Assembly (NCBI GenBank): GCA_001824255.1
Contig: MHWQ01000002.1
Span: 393,572 to 457,571, forward strand
Length of the DNA: 64,000 bases
DNA from: Candidatus Zambryskibacteria bacterium RIFCSPLOWO2_02_FULL_51_21
GTDB taxonomy: Bacteria; Patescibacteriota; Minisyncoccia; Phycocordibacterales; Zambryskibacteraceae
Direction of reading: 5' to 3'
The translations under genes were made by a program, and so were the position numbers. Numbering within the stretch: the first letter of the stretch is position 1; each line of letters opens with the position of its first letter. This document shows positions 55,201-63,699 of the stretch, piece by piece. The notes beneath the pieces were generated by a model. It did not search any database. It saw only the letters and a program-made list of their open reading frames with translations, and was not told the origin of the DNA.

Positions 55201-55437
55201 GTTGAAATCAATAATGCCCTTGAGAGCGACGTGCTTCTCGATACCAATCTCACGCCGGAACTTATAGAAGAGGGGAAGGTGCGCGATGCTATCCGCGTGG
55301 TTCAGGATTGGCGCAAAGAAAAGGGATTAAAACCGGGGGAAAAAGCAACTTACCCGACAGATGACGAATCTATCCTAAAGCACAAAGAAGAAATAGAGAA
55401 AGCCACAAACGTTGAGTTATCACATTTACACAACTAA
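52231..55437 (+). CDS. ileS: Isoleucyl-tRNA synthetase carrying an in-frame histidine-phosphatase (PGAM-like) domain insertion.
   Basis: HIGH motif PPFATGLPHYGHIL. Editing-domain marker WTTTPWTLPGN. KMSKS motif KMSKRL. Insert residues NRYFLMRHAEA...SPFLRTRETAEIV...ILILSHGNPL located between the WAISRSRFWG and DLHRPYID/DTWYDSGS core segments. Confidence 0.95.
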   Translation: MTGKSDRAKKEEEILKFWQDNKIFEKSLEKDAPKGEFVFYDGPPFATGLPHYGHILPGTIKDVIPRYKTMRGFRVPRRWGWDCHGLPIENLVEKELGLETKKDIEKFGIAEFNERAKASVLRYESEWKEIIPRTGRWIDMDNPYKSMDASYTQSVWWSFKNLFDKGLIYQGFKSMHLCPRCETTLSNFEVNQGYKDITDISVTVEFPLIDEPNKFILAWTTTPWTLPGNAALAINPELQYVETEGEVPGHIYIVAKSRVEKVFGGKYKILREFSGKELIGKKYKTLFDYYQTEGLVYGAEFVQAEEGTGIVHIAPAFGEEDYELSLKEKIPFIQHIGTDGRFKPEVRDFAGEPVKPKDDHQRTDILIIKHLAAKGLLFSKEKIIHSYPHCWRCDTPLLNYASSSWFVKVADIKDKLVANNQKVKWVPEDIRDGRFGKWLEGARDWAISRSRFWGTTLPVWQTADEKKEIVIDSVETLKKHAKKSGNRYFLMRHAEAIDNAKHVLDPKGDPNNHLTEKGREEALASARELKGRKIDAIITSPFLRTRETAEIVRKELGFPEGSVVVDDRLHEYNEPDVDFVRRRAGEFIFETEKRYAGKNILILSHGNPLWVLEKIVSHQPSNDFSSKVIMNTAEVRELEFVPFPHNKNFELDLHRPYIDEIVLEKDGEEYRRVPEVFDTWYDSGSVPFASRAAFDSRPADFIAEGLDQTRGWFYTMAVLGTALFNEIPYRQVVVNGLVLAEDGKKMSKRLKNYPELTDVLDKYGADALRYYLMSSQAVRAEDIAFSEKSLDEVMKKNISRLENVVGFYELYAKESAPLQDLPQHILDKWIDLKLNNLVRSITDGLERYEIDRASRPIADFIDDLSTWYLRRSRTRPEALPKLREILIEFSKLMAPFMPFMAEDIYQRLKADGGKESVHLEAWPIPPPAKGEKEGVLDNMSETRRIVTLALEARQKANIKVRQPLARLEIRTDALSPEYLEIIKDELNVKKVEINNALESDVLLDTNLTPELIEEGKVRDAIRVVQDWRKEKGLKPGEKATYPTDDESILKHKEEIEKATNVELSHLHN

Positions 55438-55876
55438 AGGAATTATCCTCTCGGCGCAGGCGAAAGGGGAGGCTGACCGGCTTTACTCCATTCTCACCAG
55501 AGATTTCGGACTCATACGGGCGCACGCTATTGGCGTGAGGAAGAGCGCTTCGAAACTCCGCGGAGCGCTCGAGCCGGTGTCTCTCTCGAGCGTTTCTCTC
55601 GTCCGCGGCAAGGAATACTGGCGACTGACTTCGGCCGAAGTTATAAAGAGGTTTAAGAAATCAAAGCCGCTTTTCCTCCTCGAACAGCTTGTTGCCGGCG
55701 AAGCAACGCATCCCGAGCTCTTCGATGCGGTAGAAAAATATTTAGAATTAGACGAAACAACCCTAGTCGCGCAAATTCTCTTCCACCTCGGCTATCTCAA
55801 GAAGTCCGACCTCAATTTACCTGAAAAAGAGCTGATTAAAGCGATTAACGCCGGCCTTGAAGCCAGCATGTTATAA
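55412..55876 (+). CDS. recO: RecO-like protein (N-terminal OB-fold domain only, 154 aa).
   Basis: GIILSAQAKGEADRLYSILTRDFGLIRAHAIGVRKSASKLRGALEPVSLSSVSLVRGKEYWRLTSAEVI matches the RecO_N domain pattern. Confidence 0.55.
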   Translation: MSYHIYTTKGIILSAQAKGEADRLYSILTRDFGLIRAHAIGVRKSASKLRGALEPVSLSSVSLVRGKEYWRLTSAEVIKRFKKSKPLFLLEQLVAGEATHPELFDAVEKYLELDETTLVAQILFHLGYLKKSDLNLPEKELIKAINAGLEASML

Positions 55877-55888
55877 TAAAAGGTCGGT

Positions 55889-57826
55889 TTGTCCGTCAAA
55901 ATCTCTATGGATGAAGAAAATCAGGGAAAAGTGGAAAAGCTCGACGAGGCGCTCTACTCGCGCACCCGCTACCACGACCCTCTGGGGAAGCGCTCTCCCG
56001 TGCGGCAAGAAGAATCACCCGAAGTGAGAGAGAAGTGGCAATCGCCCGAACTCAATGAACTCCTGACCCATGAGCGCGAAGCGCCGCAAATCAATCCCAT
56101 GATGAAGAAATTCTTCGCTTTCGCCCTTTTCTTCTTCCTGGCGACCATTATCGTCGCGGGGGTAATATTCCTCGGCGGGTCAAATTTCATCTCCTCGAAA
56201 AATGTTGATATAGAAATACTCGGCCCCGCGAATGTCTCCGCCGGCGAAACCCTCGAGCTTGGGGTAACCGTCAAGAACGGCAACAACACCGACCTCGAAC
56301 TCGCCAATCTCTCCGTCCAGTATCCAACGGGAGCGAGAGAGGCGGCGGATACTTCGAAAAGCATCACCTTCACTAAGAAGGAACTTGGCGTAATCAAGGC
56401 GGGAGACGAAGCCGCGGAAAACGTGCGCATGGTGCTTATCGGCACCGTGGGAGAGGTCAAGGAAATCAAATTCTCGGTCGAGTACAAGGTCAAGGGTTCA
56501 AACGCCACCTTCTACAAAGACAAGGTCTATGAAGTATCCATTGGCAGCGCGCCGATGACTCTCAAGGTTCTAAGCCCGGCTTCCATAACATCCGGCGACA
56601 CCTTCACCACGAAAGTTACTCTCAAGCTCGGCTCGGCCGAGACGCTCAAGAACGTGATGTTACGCGCGGAGTATCCTTACGGCTATAGTGTCTCATCCGC
56701 GTCGCCGGCCGCCGCGTATGAGAACAATGTCTGGTCGCTCGGTGATTTCTCCCCGGGCACGGAGAAGACGGTCGAAATCAAAGGCAGGCTGGTCGGGGAG
56801 AATCAAGACGAGAGAACCTTCCGCTTCTATGCCGGTGTCTCGGATAACGGCAGCATTACTCCTAATTTTAAATCAGTTCTCGTCGCGACGCTTGAGACTG
56901 TCGCCATCGAGCGTCCGTCCATCGCTCTGGTGGCAAGCTTCAACGGCGAAGTGTCTCAGACTTACGTGGCGCCGGCGGGAAAGGAGATTTCCTCTTCCGT
57001 TCGCTATCAGAACAATCTGCCGGAAAAGCTAGTAAATCCGCGCCTCGAAGTGGTTTTCTCCGGCGTGGCGCTTGATAAGGCTTCTGTCCGGCCACAACAG
57101 GGCGGTTTCTATGATTCCGGGAAGAATTCTATTGTCTGGAATATTTTAAACTCCGCCGGCGGTTCGGAGCTTCTGCCGGGCCAGGCGGGCACGGTTAATT
57201 TCTCTTTCTCATCCTTGCCGGAAAACACCCTGCCCTCCGGCAGCCGGGAGATAACGTTGAAGATGTCTCTCGGCGGGACGCCGCCCGGCGGCCAGGCCAT
57301 ATCGGTCACGGAATCAAGCTTCGTGAAAATCGCTTCGCAAGTAACGCTTGCTTCTAGAGTTCTTTATTCCACAGGGCCTTTCAATAACAGCGGCCCCATA
57401 CCGCCGAAAGTTGAAACAAAAACGACTTATACCGTCGTCTGGAACGCGGGCAATACCAGAAATGACGTCACCGATGCCAAGGTGACAGCCAAACTCGGTC
57501 CGGGAGTAACCTGGCTTGCTTCACACAGCGTCTTGAGCGAGCCGATATCGTACGACAGCGGTTCGAACACCGTTACCTGGGACTTGGGCAACCTCTCCGC
57601 CGGTTCCGGCTTCTCGACTTCGGGCAGGGAAGTCGCCTTCCAGGTGGCTCTCACACCCTCGCTTTCTCAGCTGGGCACGGCGCCGACCCTCGTGACGGGG
57701 GCGGTCTTCTCGGGCCGCGAAACCGATAGCGGCAACGTGATATCGGTCGTCAACCAGCCGCTTACCACGCGGATGCCGTATGACCCTACATTTATCCAGG
57801 GAGATGATATAGTGGTGAAGAAATGA
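55889..57826 (+). CDS. Large single-pass membrane protein with an extracytoplasmic beta-rich (DUF11/CARDB-like) domain.
   Basis: Cytoplasmic 70-aa head, TM FFAFALFFFLATIIVAGVIFLGG, then about 560 aa of Thr/Ser/Val-rich repeats. Confidence 0.45.
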   Translation: MSVKISMDEENQGKVEKLDEALYSRTRYHDPLGKRSPVRQEESPEVREKWQSPELNELLTHEREAPQINPMMKKFFAFALFFFLATIIVAGVIFLGGSNFISSKNVDIEILGPANVSAGETLELGVTVKNGNNTDLELANLSVQYPTGAREAADTSKSITFTKKELGVIKAGDEAAENVRMVLIGTVGEVKEIKFSVEYKVKGSNATFYKDKVYEVSIGSAPMTLKVLSPASITSGDTFTTKVTLKLGSAETLKNVMLRAEYPYGYSVSSASPAAAYENNVWSLGDFSPGTEKTVEIKGRLVGENQDERTFRFYAGVSDNGSITPNFKSVLVATLETVAIERPSIALVASFNGEVSQTYVAPAGKEISSSVRYQNNLPEKLVNPRLEVVFSGVALDKASVRPQQGGFYDSGKNSIVWNILNSAGGSELLPGQAGTVNFSFSSLPENTLPSGSREITLKMSLGGTPPGGQAISVTESSFVKIASQVTLASRVLYSTGPFNNSGPIPPKVETKTTYTVVWNAGNTRNDVTDAKVTAKLGPGVTWLASHSVLSEPISYDSGSNTVTWDLGNLSAGSGFSTSGREVAFQVALTPSLSQLGTAPTLVTGAVFSGRETDSGNVISVVNQPLTTRMPYDPTFIQGDDIVVKK

Positions 57827-59127
57827 CCGAGAAAAACGGCGATTTAATGGAAAAAATAGTCTCGCTTTGCAAGCGGAGAGGGTTTATATTCCAGGGCTCG
57901 GAGATTTACGGCGGGCTGGCTGGTACATGGGATTTCGGTCCTTACGGGGCTGAACTTGCTTATCGAATAAAAGATTTATGGTGGAGCCGTTTTGTGCGCT
58001 CGCGCGATGATGTGTACGGCATTTCAAGTTCAATCATTATGCCTGAGGCGGTGTGGCAGGCAAGCGGGCATCTGAAGAATTTCACCGACCCTATCGTTGA
58101 GTGTAAGAAGTGTCACCACCGCTTTCGAGCTGACCATTTGAAAGATAAGAAGAAGTGCCCGGATTGCGGAGGGGAATTGGGTGAAGAAAAAACTTTCAAT
58201 CTCATGTTTCCGGTCGAAACCGGTTCAACAAGCGGAGGAACAGCAACTGCCTATCTTCGCGGAGAGCTGGCTCAAGGAATGTTCGTCAATTTCAAGAATA
58301 TCATTGACACCTTCCATCCGGATATTCCATTCGGCATAGCCCAAGTGGGCAAAGCATTCAGAAATGAGATTTCTCCAAGAGATTTTATATATAGAGTTAG
58401 GGAATTCGAGATCGCCGAGTTCGAATATTTCGTCAAAGAATCAGATTGGGAGAAATACTTCGAATATTGGAAAAAAGAAATGAGGGAATGGTTAGAAGAA
58501 ATTGGAATTAATCCGAAAAACGTTAGAGAAAATGATTTGACTGAAAAAGAAAGGGCTCATTACTCGAAGCGAACAATAGATTTCGAATACCAAGGGCCGA
58601 TAGGAGATATGGAAATACAAGCAATAGCTTATCGAACAGATTATGACCTCAAAAACCATATTGAAGGCTCGGGAATGGATTTGAGTTTCAGGGATGAAGT
58701 AGCAAATGAGAAATTTATTCCTCATGTTATTGAGCCTACTTTCGGTGTCGGGCGCTTGTTACTGGCGGTTCTGCTTGAGGCCTACACCGAAGACGAGCTG
58801 GGAGGGGAGAAGAGAGTTTATTTGAAACTGAACAAAAATATTGCGCCTGTGCGCGCTGCAGTCTTCCCGCTTCTCAAAAACAAGCCGGAACTTGTCGCCA
58901 AAGCGCGGGAAATTTACGCCAATCTCAAGAAAGAAATTCCCAATATTGAATTCGACGATAATGGCAATATCGGCAAGCGCTACAGGAGACAGGATGAGAT
59001 CGGCACGCCCTACTGTATTACCATTGACTTCGATACTCTTGAGAGCGGTACTGTAACCTTGCGAGACAGAGACACGGGGAATCAAGAAAGGGTAACAATA
59101 GAAGATTTGAAAGAAAAGATACTCTAA
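57823..59127 (+). CDS. glyQS: Glycyl-tRNA synthetase (alpha2 homodimeric type).
   Basis: LCKRRGFIFQGSEIYGGLAGTWDFGPYG class II motif 1 region. FRNEISPR motif 2. 434 aa. Confidence 0.9.
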   Translation: MTEKNGDLMEKIVSLCKRRGFIFQGSEIYGGLAGTWDFGPYGAELAYRIKDLWWSRFVRSRDDVYGISSSIIMPEAVWQASGHLKNFTDPIVECKKCHHRFRADHLKDKKKCPDCGGELGEEKTFNLMFPVETGSTSGGTATAYLRGELAQGMFVNFKNIIDTFHPDIPFGIAQVGKAFRNEISPRDFIYRVREFEIAEFEYFVKESDWEKYFEYWKKEMREWLEEIGINPKNVRENDLTEKERAHYSKRTIDFEYQGPIGDMEIQAIAYRTDYDLKNHIEGSGMDLSFRDEVANEKFIPHVIEPTFGVGRLLLAVLLEAYTEDELGGEKRVYLKLNKNIAPVRAAVFPLLKNKPELVAKAREIYANLKKEIPNIEFDDNGNIGKRYRRQDEIGTPYCITIDFDTLESGTVTLRDRDTGNQERVTIEDLKEKIL

Positions 59128-59145
59128 GGTAGTCTAAGCTTCTAA

Positions 59146-60417
59146 ATGAAGTATAAAAAGCACACTCTTCCGAACGGGCTTCGTGTTATCTTCGCACCGG
59201 CCAAGGGCAATCCGGCCGTAATGGTCTTGGTTATGGTGGAGACAGGCTCGAACTATGAGACAAAGGCAGAAAACGGCCTTTCGCATTTCCTCGAACATAT
59301 GTGCTTCAAGGGGACGACCATGAGACCCAAAGCCAAGGATATTTCCAAAGAACTTGATTCTTTGGGAGCGCAGAACAACGCTTTCACTGGCGATGAATAT
59401 ACGGGCTATTATGCCAAGGCCGCCAAGAAGCACTTTGCGAAACTGTTCGAAATCATTTCCGACCTCTATCTCAATCCAACCCTGCCTGCCGCAGATCTTG
59501 AGAAAGAGAGAGGAGTTATCCTTGAGGAAATAGCGATGTATGAAGATTTGCCGCAGAGGTATGTCTGGCAGGTCCTCGAGGGTCTTATGTATGGTGACAC
59601 GCCAGCTGGCCGGCCGATTCTCGGTCCGAGAGAGAATATAAAGAAATTCACGCGCCAAGATTTTGTCGATTACCGCAACGCGCACTACGTGGCGCCGAAG
59701 ACTATTGTTGTGGTCGCGGGAGACGTGAGTGAGACCTCCGTGCTTAAGGAGACCAGGAAACACTTCAAGGATATCCCGAAAGGCAAGAAAGTTTCCAAGC
59801 TACCGGTCAAAGAGAGGCAAAGTCATCCCGGACTGGAAATTCACAAGAAGAAGACCGACCAATGCCACATGGTTATGGCTTTCCGCACTTATGGCGCCAA
59901 TGATAAAAGATCTCCCGCTGCTACTGTATTGGCCGAGATTCTAGGCAAGGGTATGTCCTCCCGGCTCTTTACAAGGCTTCGTGATGAAATGGGGGCTTGT
60001 TACTACGTGCGCGCCAGTCACGACCAATACACAGACCATGGGGTGTTCACTATCGCGACAGGCATTAACGTTTCGCGGACCAAGGAGGTGGTCGAGGTTC
60101 TTTTGGAGGAGTGCAAAAAGCTCGCCACAACCCCTGTTTCCCAGGAGGAGCTTGATAAGGCCAAAGAACATCACATCGGTCATTTATACATGAATCTTGA
60201 GACGACTGACGCCTTGGCCGAGTTCTATGCCGGCGAGGAGATTGCCACCGGCAAGCCGAAGGCGCCGCAGGAGATCGAGGCGGAAATCAGGAAAATAAAT
60301 GCCAAAGATGTTATGAAAATTGCCAAAAATCTATTCACCAATAAGAACTTAAATCTGGCCATTGTCGGCAATATTGCCGACCAGAAGCCGGTGAAAAAAG
60401 TTCTAACCTTCAAATAG
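59146..60417 (+). CDS. M16-family (insulinase/pitrilysin-like) zinc peptidase.
   Basis: Inverted zinc motif HFLEHMCFKGT (HxxEH). 423 aa. Confidence 0.85.
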   Translation: MKYKKHTLPNGLRVIFAPAKGNPAVMVLVMVETGSNYETKAENGLSHFLEHMCFKGTTMRPKAKDISKELDSLGAQNNAFTGDEYTGYYAKAAKKHFAKLFEIISDLYLNPTLPAADLEKERGVILEEIAMYEDLPQRYVWQVLEGLMYGDTPAGRPILGPRENIKKFTRQDFVDYRNAHYVAPKTIVVVAGDVSETSVLKETRKHFKDIPKGKKVSKLPVKERQSHPGLEIHKKKTDQCHMVMAFRTYGANDKRSPAATVLAEILGKGMSSRLFTRLRDEMGACYYVRASHDQYTDHGVFTIATGINVSRTKEVVEVLLEECKKLATTPVSQEELDKAKEHHIGHLYMNLETTDALAEFYAGEEIATGKPKAPQEIEAEIRKINAKDVMKIAKNLFTNKNLNLAIVGNIADQKPVKKVLTFK

Positions 60418-60436
60418 CCCGTAACGGGCACCCTAG

Positions 60437-61498
60437 GTGTGCTATATTAGACCCATGGAAAAGATTTCTATCACCACCGCAAGCTGGGTCAGAGGGGCGA
60501 TTGTAGTAGGCCTGGCTTACGCCGCCTACCGGATAAGCGACTTCATCCTGGTCGTGATTGCTTCGATTATCATTGCCTCAGCCATAGAGCCGGTCACGCA
60601 ATGGGCGAGGAGGAGGAATCTGCCGCGCCTCCTGGCGGTCATCTCGGTTTACGTCATATCCGCCTTGTTTTTCGCCGTCTTTTTCTACTTTCTCCTCCTG
60701 CCGCTTATGGGCGAAATCTCGAGCTTCATCCGGACTCTAACTGTTTACTCCAACTCTATCGTGAACAACAACGTGCTTTCGAGCATGTTCGAAACCCAGG
60801 ACATCTTCGGCGCAATCGATACCAGAGGCCTCCTCTCCGACCTCAATTCTTATCTCAATGATTTTTCCAAGTTTCTGTCGCAGGGCGTCTTCACGACGGC
60901 CTCCACTATCTTCGGCGGCGTAGTGAGCTTCATCATCATGATCGTGCTCTCGTTCTATCTCGCTGTGCAGGAAGACGGTATCGCCAAGTTCTTGCGTATC
61001 ATTGTTCCCCAGCGGCATGAGGATTACGCCGTGAGTCTCTGGCGCCGTTCACAGAAAAAAATCGGCTATTGGATGCAGGGCCAGCTCGCGCTCGCGGTGC
61101 TCATCATGGTTCTGGTCTTTGCCGGCCTTCTCATCATTGGGGTTCCGCACGCGCTACTCCTCGCCTTCGTGGCCGGAGTGCTCGAACTCATACCGCTCTT
61201 CGGTCCAGTGCTGGCGGCTATACCCGCTATCTTCATCGCTTATACGTCCGGCGGCATGACGATGGCGCTTATTGTTGCCCTTCTTTATCTAGTGGTTCAG
61301 CAGCTTGAGAATCACGTCATTTATCCTCTGGTAGTCAAGAAAATCGTCGGCGTGCCGGCCATAGTTTCGATTCTGGCAATTGTCATAGGCGGAGAGCTGG
61401 CTGGTTTCCTCGGCATTATCATATCGGTGCCGGTGGCCGCCGTGATTATGGAATTTATAAACGATTTGGAAGCGAGAAAGAATGTCCCTCAGCAATAA
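60437..61498 (+). CDS. AI-2E family transporter (PerM/UPF0118).
   Basis: 353 aa, about 8 TM helices. Characteristic LIPLFGPVLAAIPAIFIAY and VIYPLVVKKIVGVPAIVSILAIVIGGELAGFLGIIISVP segments. Confidence 0.8.
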   Translation: MCYIRPMEKISITTASWVRGAIVVGLAYAAYRISDFILVVIASIIIASAIEPVTQWARRRNLPRLLAVISVYVISALFFAVFFYFLLLPLMGEISSFIRTLTVYSNSIVNNNVLSSMFETQDIFGAIDTRGLLSDLNSYLNDFSKFLSQGVFTTASTIFGGVVSFIIMIVLSFYLAVQEDGIAKFLRIIVPQRHEDYAVSLWRRSQKKIGYWMQGQLALAVLIMVLVFAGLLIIGVPHALLLAFVAGVLELIPLFGPVLAAIPAIFIAYTSGGMTMALIVALLYLVVQQLENHVIYPLVVKKIVGVPAIVSILAIVIGGELAGFLGIIISVPVAAVIMEFINDLEARKNVPQQ

Positions 61499-62924
61499 AA
61501 ATTTCTACATCACCACGACGATTCCGTACGTGAATGCAGACCCGCATATCGGATTTGCGTTGGAACTCGTCCAGGCTGATATTATTGCCCGCGCTCAAGA
61601 GCTGTGGGGCAGGGAAGTATTTTTTACCACAGGCACCGACGAACACGGGCAGAAAGTGGCTGAAGCAGCCAAGAAAGAAGGTAAAGATACCCAGGCATAC
61701 GTTGATGAATATGCTGAAAAGTTTAAAACTCTTAAAGATAAGCTGGGTCTCCATCCCAGCATTCACTTCGTACGTACCACCGATCCTGTCCATATCGAAG
61801 CGGCGCAGAAGATGTGGAAACTCTGTGAGAAAGATATTTATAAGAAGAAGTACAAGGGTCTATACTGCGTCGGGGATGAAGCGTTTGTAAAAGAAACGGA
61901 CCTAGTAGACGGGAAGTGCCCCAATCACCCCAACATGGAGCTTCAGGAAATTGAGGAGGAGAACTATTTTTTCAACCTCGGTAATTACAAGGCAAAGGTT
62001 AGGGAATATCTGGAAAAAGATAAAAGAGTCATTCCTGAATGGCGTCGGAACGAGGCGTTGATTGCCTTGGCAGGTATGGAGGATGTCAGCATTTCACGAG
62101 AGGCCAAACGTCTTTCGTGGGGTGTGCCAGTACCAGGAGATGATGAGCAGGTTATGTACGTTTGGTTCGAAGCTCTCACGAACTACATCTCAACTCTTGG
62201 TTGGCCCAACGATCCAGAAGGAAACTTCAAGAAATTCTGGGAAGAGGGCGAGACGCTTCAGGTGGCGGGCAAAGACCAGGTCAAGTTCCAGTCGATTATC
62301 TGGCAGGCGATGCTGTTCTCTGCTGGTATTAAAAATACCGATACTGTTATGTACCATGGCTTCATTAACTCTGGCGGGCAGAAGATGAGTAAGTCACTTG
62401 GCAACGTTATTCACCCCGACGCGCTTCTTGCTGAATACGGTATTGATGCCGTGCGTTATTATCTATTGCGACATATTTCTCCCTTTGATGATAGTGATAT
62501 GACAGCCGAATCCTTTCACGAGGCTTATGAGGCTAATTTAGTTAATGGTTTAGGAAATTTAGTCTCAAGGGTTCTTACAATGGCCGACAATTATGATATG
62601 TCCACTCTAGAACCGGTAATACACGAACCAGTAAAGATTCCAGCTTTTGAATTCTTGAAAAAATTTGAATTTAAAAGGTACATGGATAACATATGGGAGA
62701 AAATCCAAACAACGGATAAAAAAATACAAGAAAAAGAGCCTTACAAAGTCTATAAAACTGATAAAGAAGAGGCAATTAGAATTGTGTCTGACTTATGTGT
62801 GGACCTTTCAATTATTGCGTATTTACTTAAGCCAGTGATGCCGCATACGTCTGAAGTAATTTTTGATTTATTAAGAAACCCTCCCAAGAAACCTGAGCCT
62901 CTTTTTCCTCGACTCAATGCCTAA
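61482..62924 (+). CDS. metG: Methionyl-tRNA synthetase (core form without the C-terminal tRNA-binding domain).
   Basis: FYITTTIPYVNADPHIGFALE (HIGH region). KMSKSLGN. Confidence 0.9.
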   Translation: MSLSNKNFYITTTIPYVNADPHIGFALELVQADIIARAQELWGREVFFTTGTDEHGQKVAEAAKKEGKDTQAYVDEYAEKFKTLKDKLGLHPSIHFVRTTDPVHIEAAQKMWKLCEKDIYKKKYKGLYCVGDEAFVKETDLVDGKCPNHPNMELQEIEEENYFFNLGNYKAKVREYLEKDKRVIPEWRRNEALIALAGMEDVSISREAKRLSWGVPVPGDDEQVMYVWFEALTNYISTLGWPNDPEGNFKKFWEEGETLQVAGKDQVKFQSIIWQAMLFSAGIKNTDTVMYHGFINSGGQKMSKSLGNVIHPDALLAEYGIDAVRYYLLRHISPFDDSDMTAESFHEAYEANLVNGLGNLVSRVLTMADNYDMSTLEPVIHEPVKIPAFEFLKKFEFKRYMDNIWEKIQTTDKKIQEKEPYKVYKTDKEEAIRIVSDLCVDLSIIAYLLKPVMPHTSEVIFDLLRNPPKKPEPLFPRLNA

Positions 62925-63681
62925 ATACTTCGACATACACTCTCATCTCAATTTTCTGGATTATGAGAAAGATTGGGACGAGGTTATAGCCCGCATGAGA
63001 GGGGCGGGAACGCACACCATCGTAGTCGGCACGGATTACGAGTCTTCGAAGAAGGCGGTGGAGCTTGCCGATAAATATCCGGAAATTTATGCTTGTATTG
63101 GAGTCCATCCGGTGGACAACCCAAGCCAAGTTTTTGAGAAAGAGAAATTCGAAGAGCTGGCAAAACACTCTAAGGTCATCGCGATAGGGGAATGCGGCAT
63201 GGATTTTTTCCACCAAGACAAAACACAAGACTTCGAAAGGCAGAAAAAGCTTTTCGAGACCCAGATTGAATTCGCGCTGGAGCACGGCAAACCAGTCATG
63301 GTCCATGCCCGCGATTCCTATGCAGAAATTCTCGAAATTATCGGGAATTACCCGAATCTACGAGGCAACATCCATTTCTTCGCCGGAACGCTCGATGAAG
63401 CCAGACGCTTCATCGAGCGGGGCTTCACCCTCTCCTTCACCGGAGTTATAACCTTCGTTGGGGCCTATGACGAGATTATAAAGTCGGTGCCCTTGGAGTC
63501 GATTATGACCGAGACGGATGCCCCCTTCGTTGCTCCGGTGCCTTACAGGGGCAAGAGGAACGAGCCAAGCTACGTCAAGGAGGTTGTGAAGCGGATTGCC
63601 GAGATAAGAGGTGAGGATTTTGAGACCGTCCGCCAAACCCTTGTCGAGAATGCCTTGCGTATGATAATGTATGAATCCTGA
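62917..63681 (+). CDS. tatD: TatD-family metal-dependent DNase.
   Basis: YFDIHSHLNF. IAIGECGMDF. VMVHARD. ETDAPF motifs. Confidence 0.9.
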   Translation: MPKYFDIHSHLNFLDYEKDWDEVIARMRGAGTHTIVVGTDYESSKKAVELADKYPEIYACIGVHPVDNPSQVFEKEKFEELAKHSKVIAIGECGMDFFHQDKTQDFERQKKLFETQIEFALEHGKPVMVHARDSYAEILEIIGNYPNLRGNIHFFAGTLDEARRFIERGFTLSFTGVITFVGAYDEIIKSVPLESIMTETDAPFVAPVPYRGKRNEPSYVKEVVKRIAEIRGEDFETVRQTLVENALRMIMYES

Positions 63682-63696
63682 TAACATCAGGATTCA
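63674..63696. repeat. Perfect palindromic hairpin (GAATCCTGAT AAC ATCAGGATTC) overlapping the tatD stop codon.
   Basis: 10-bp stem and 3-nt loop read directly. Same TGAT-N3-ATCA core as the hairpins at 21949 and 43767. Confidence 0.55.
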
Positions 63697-63699
63697 TAC

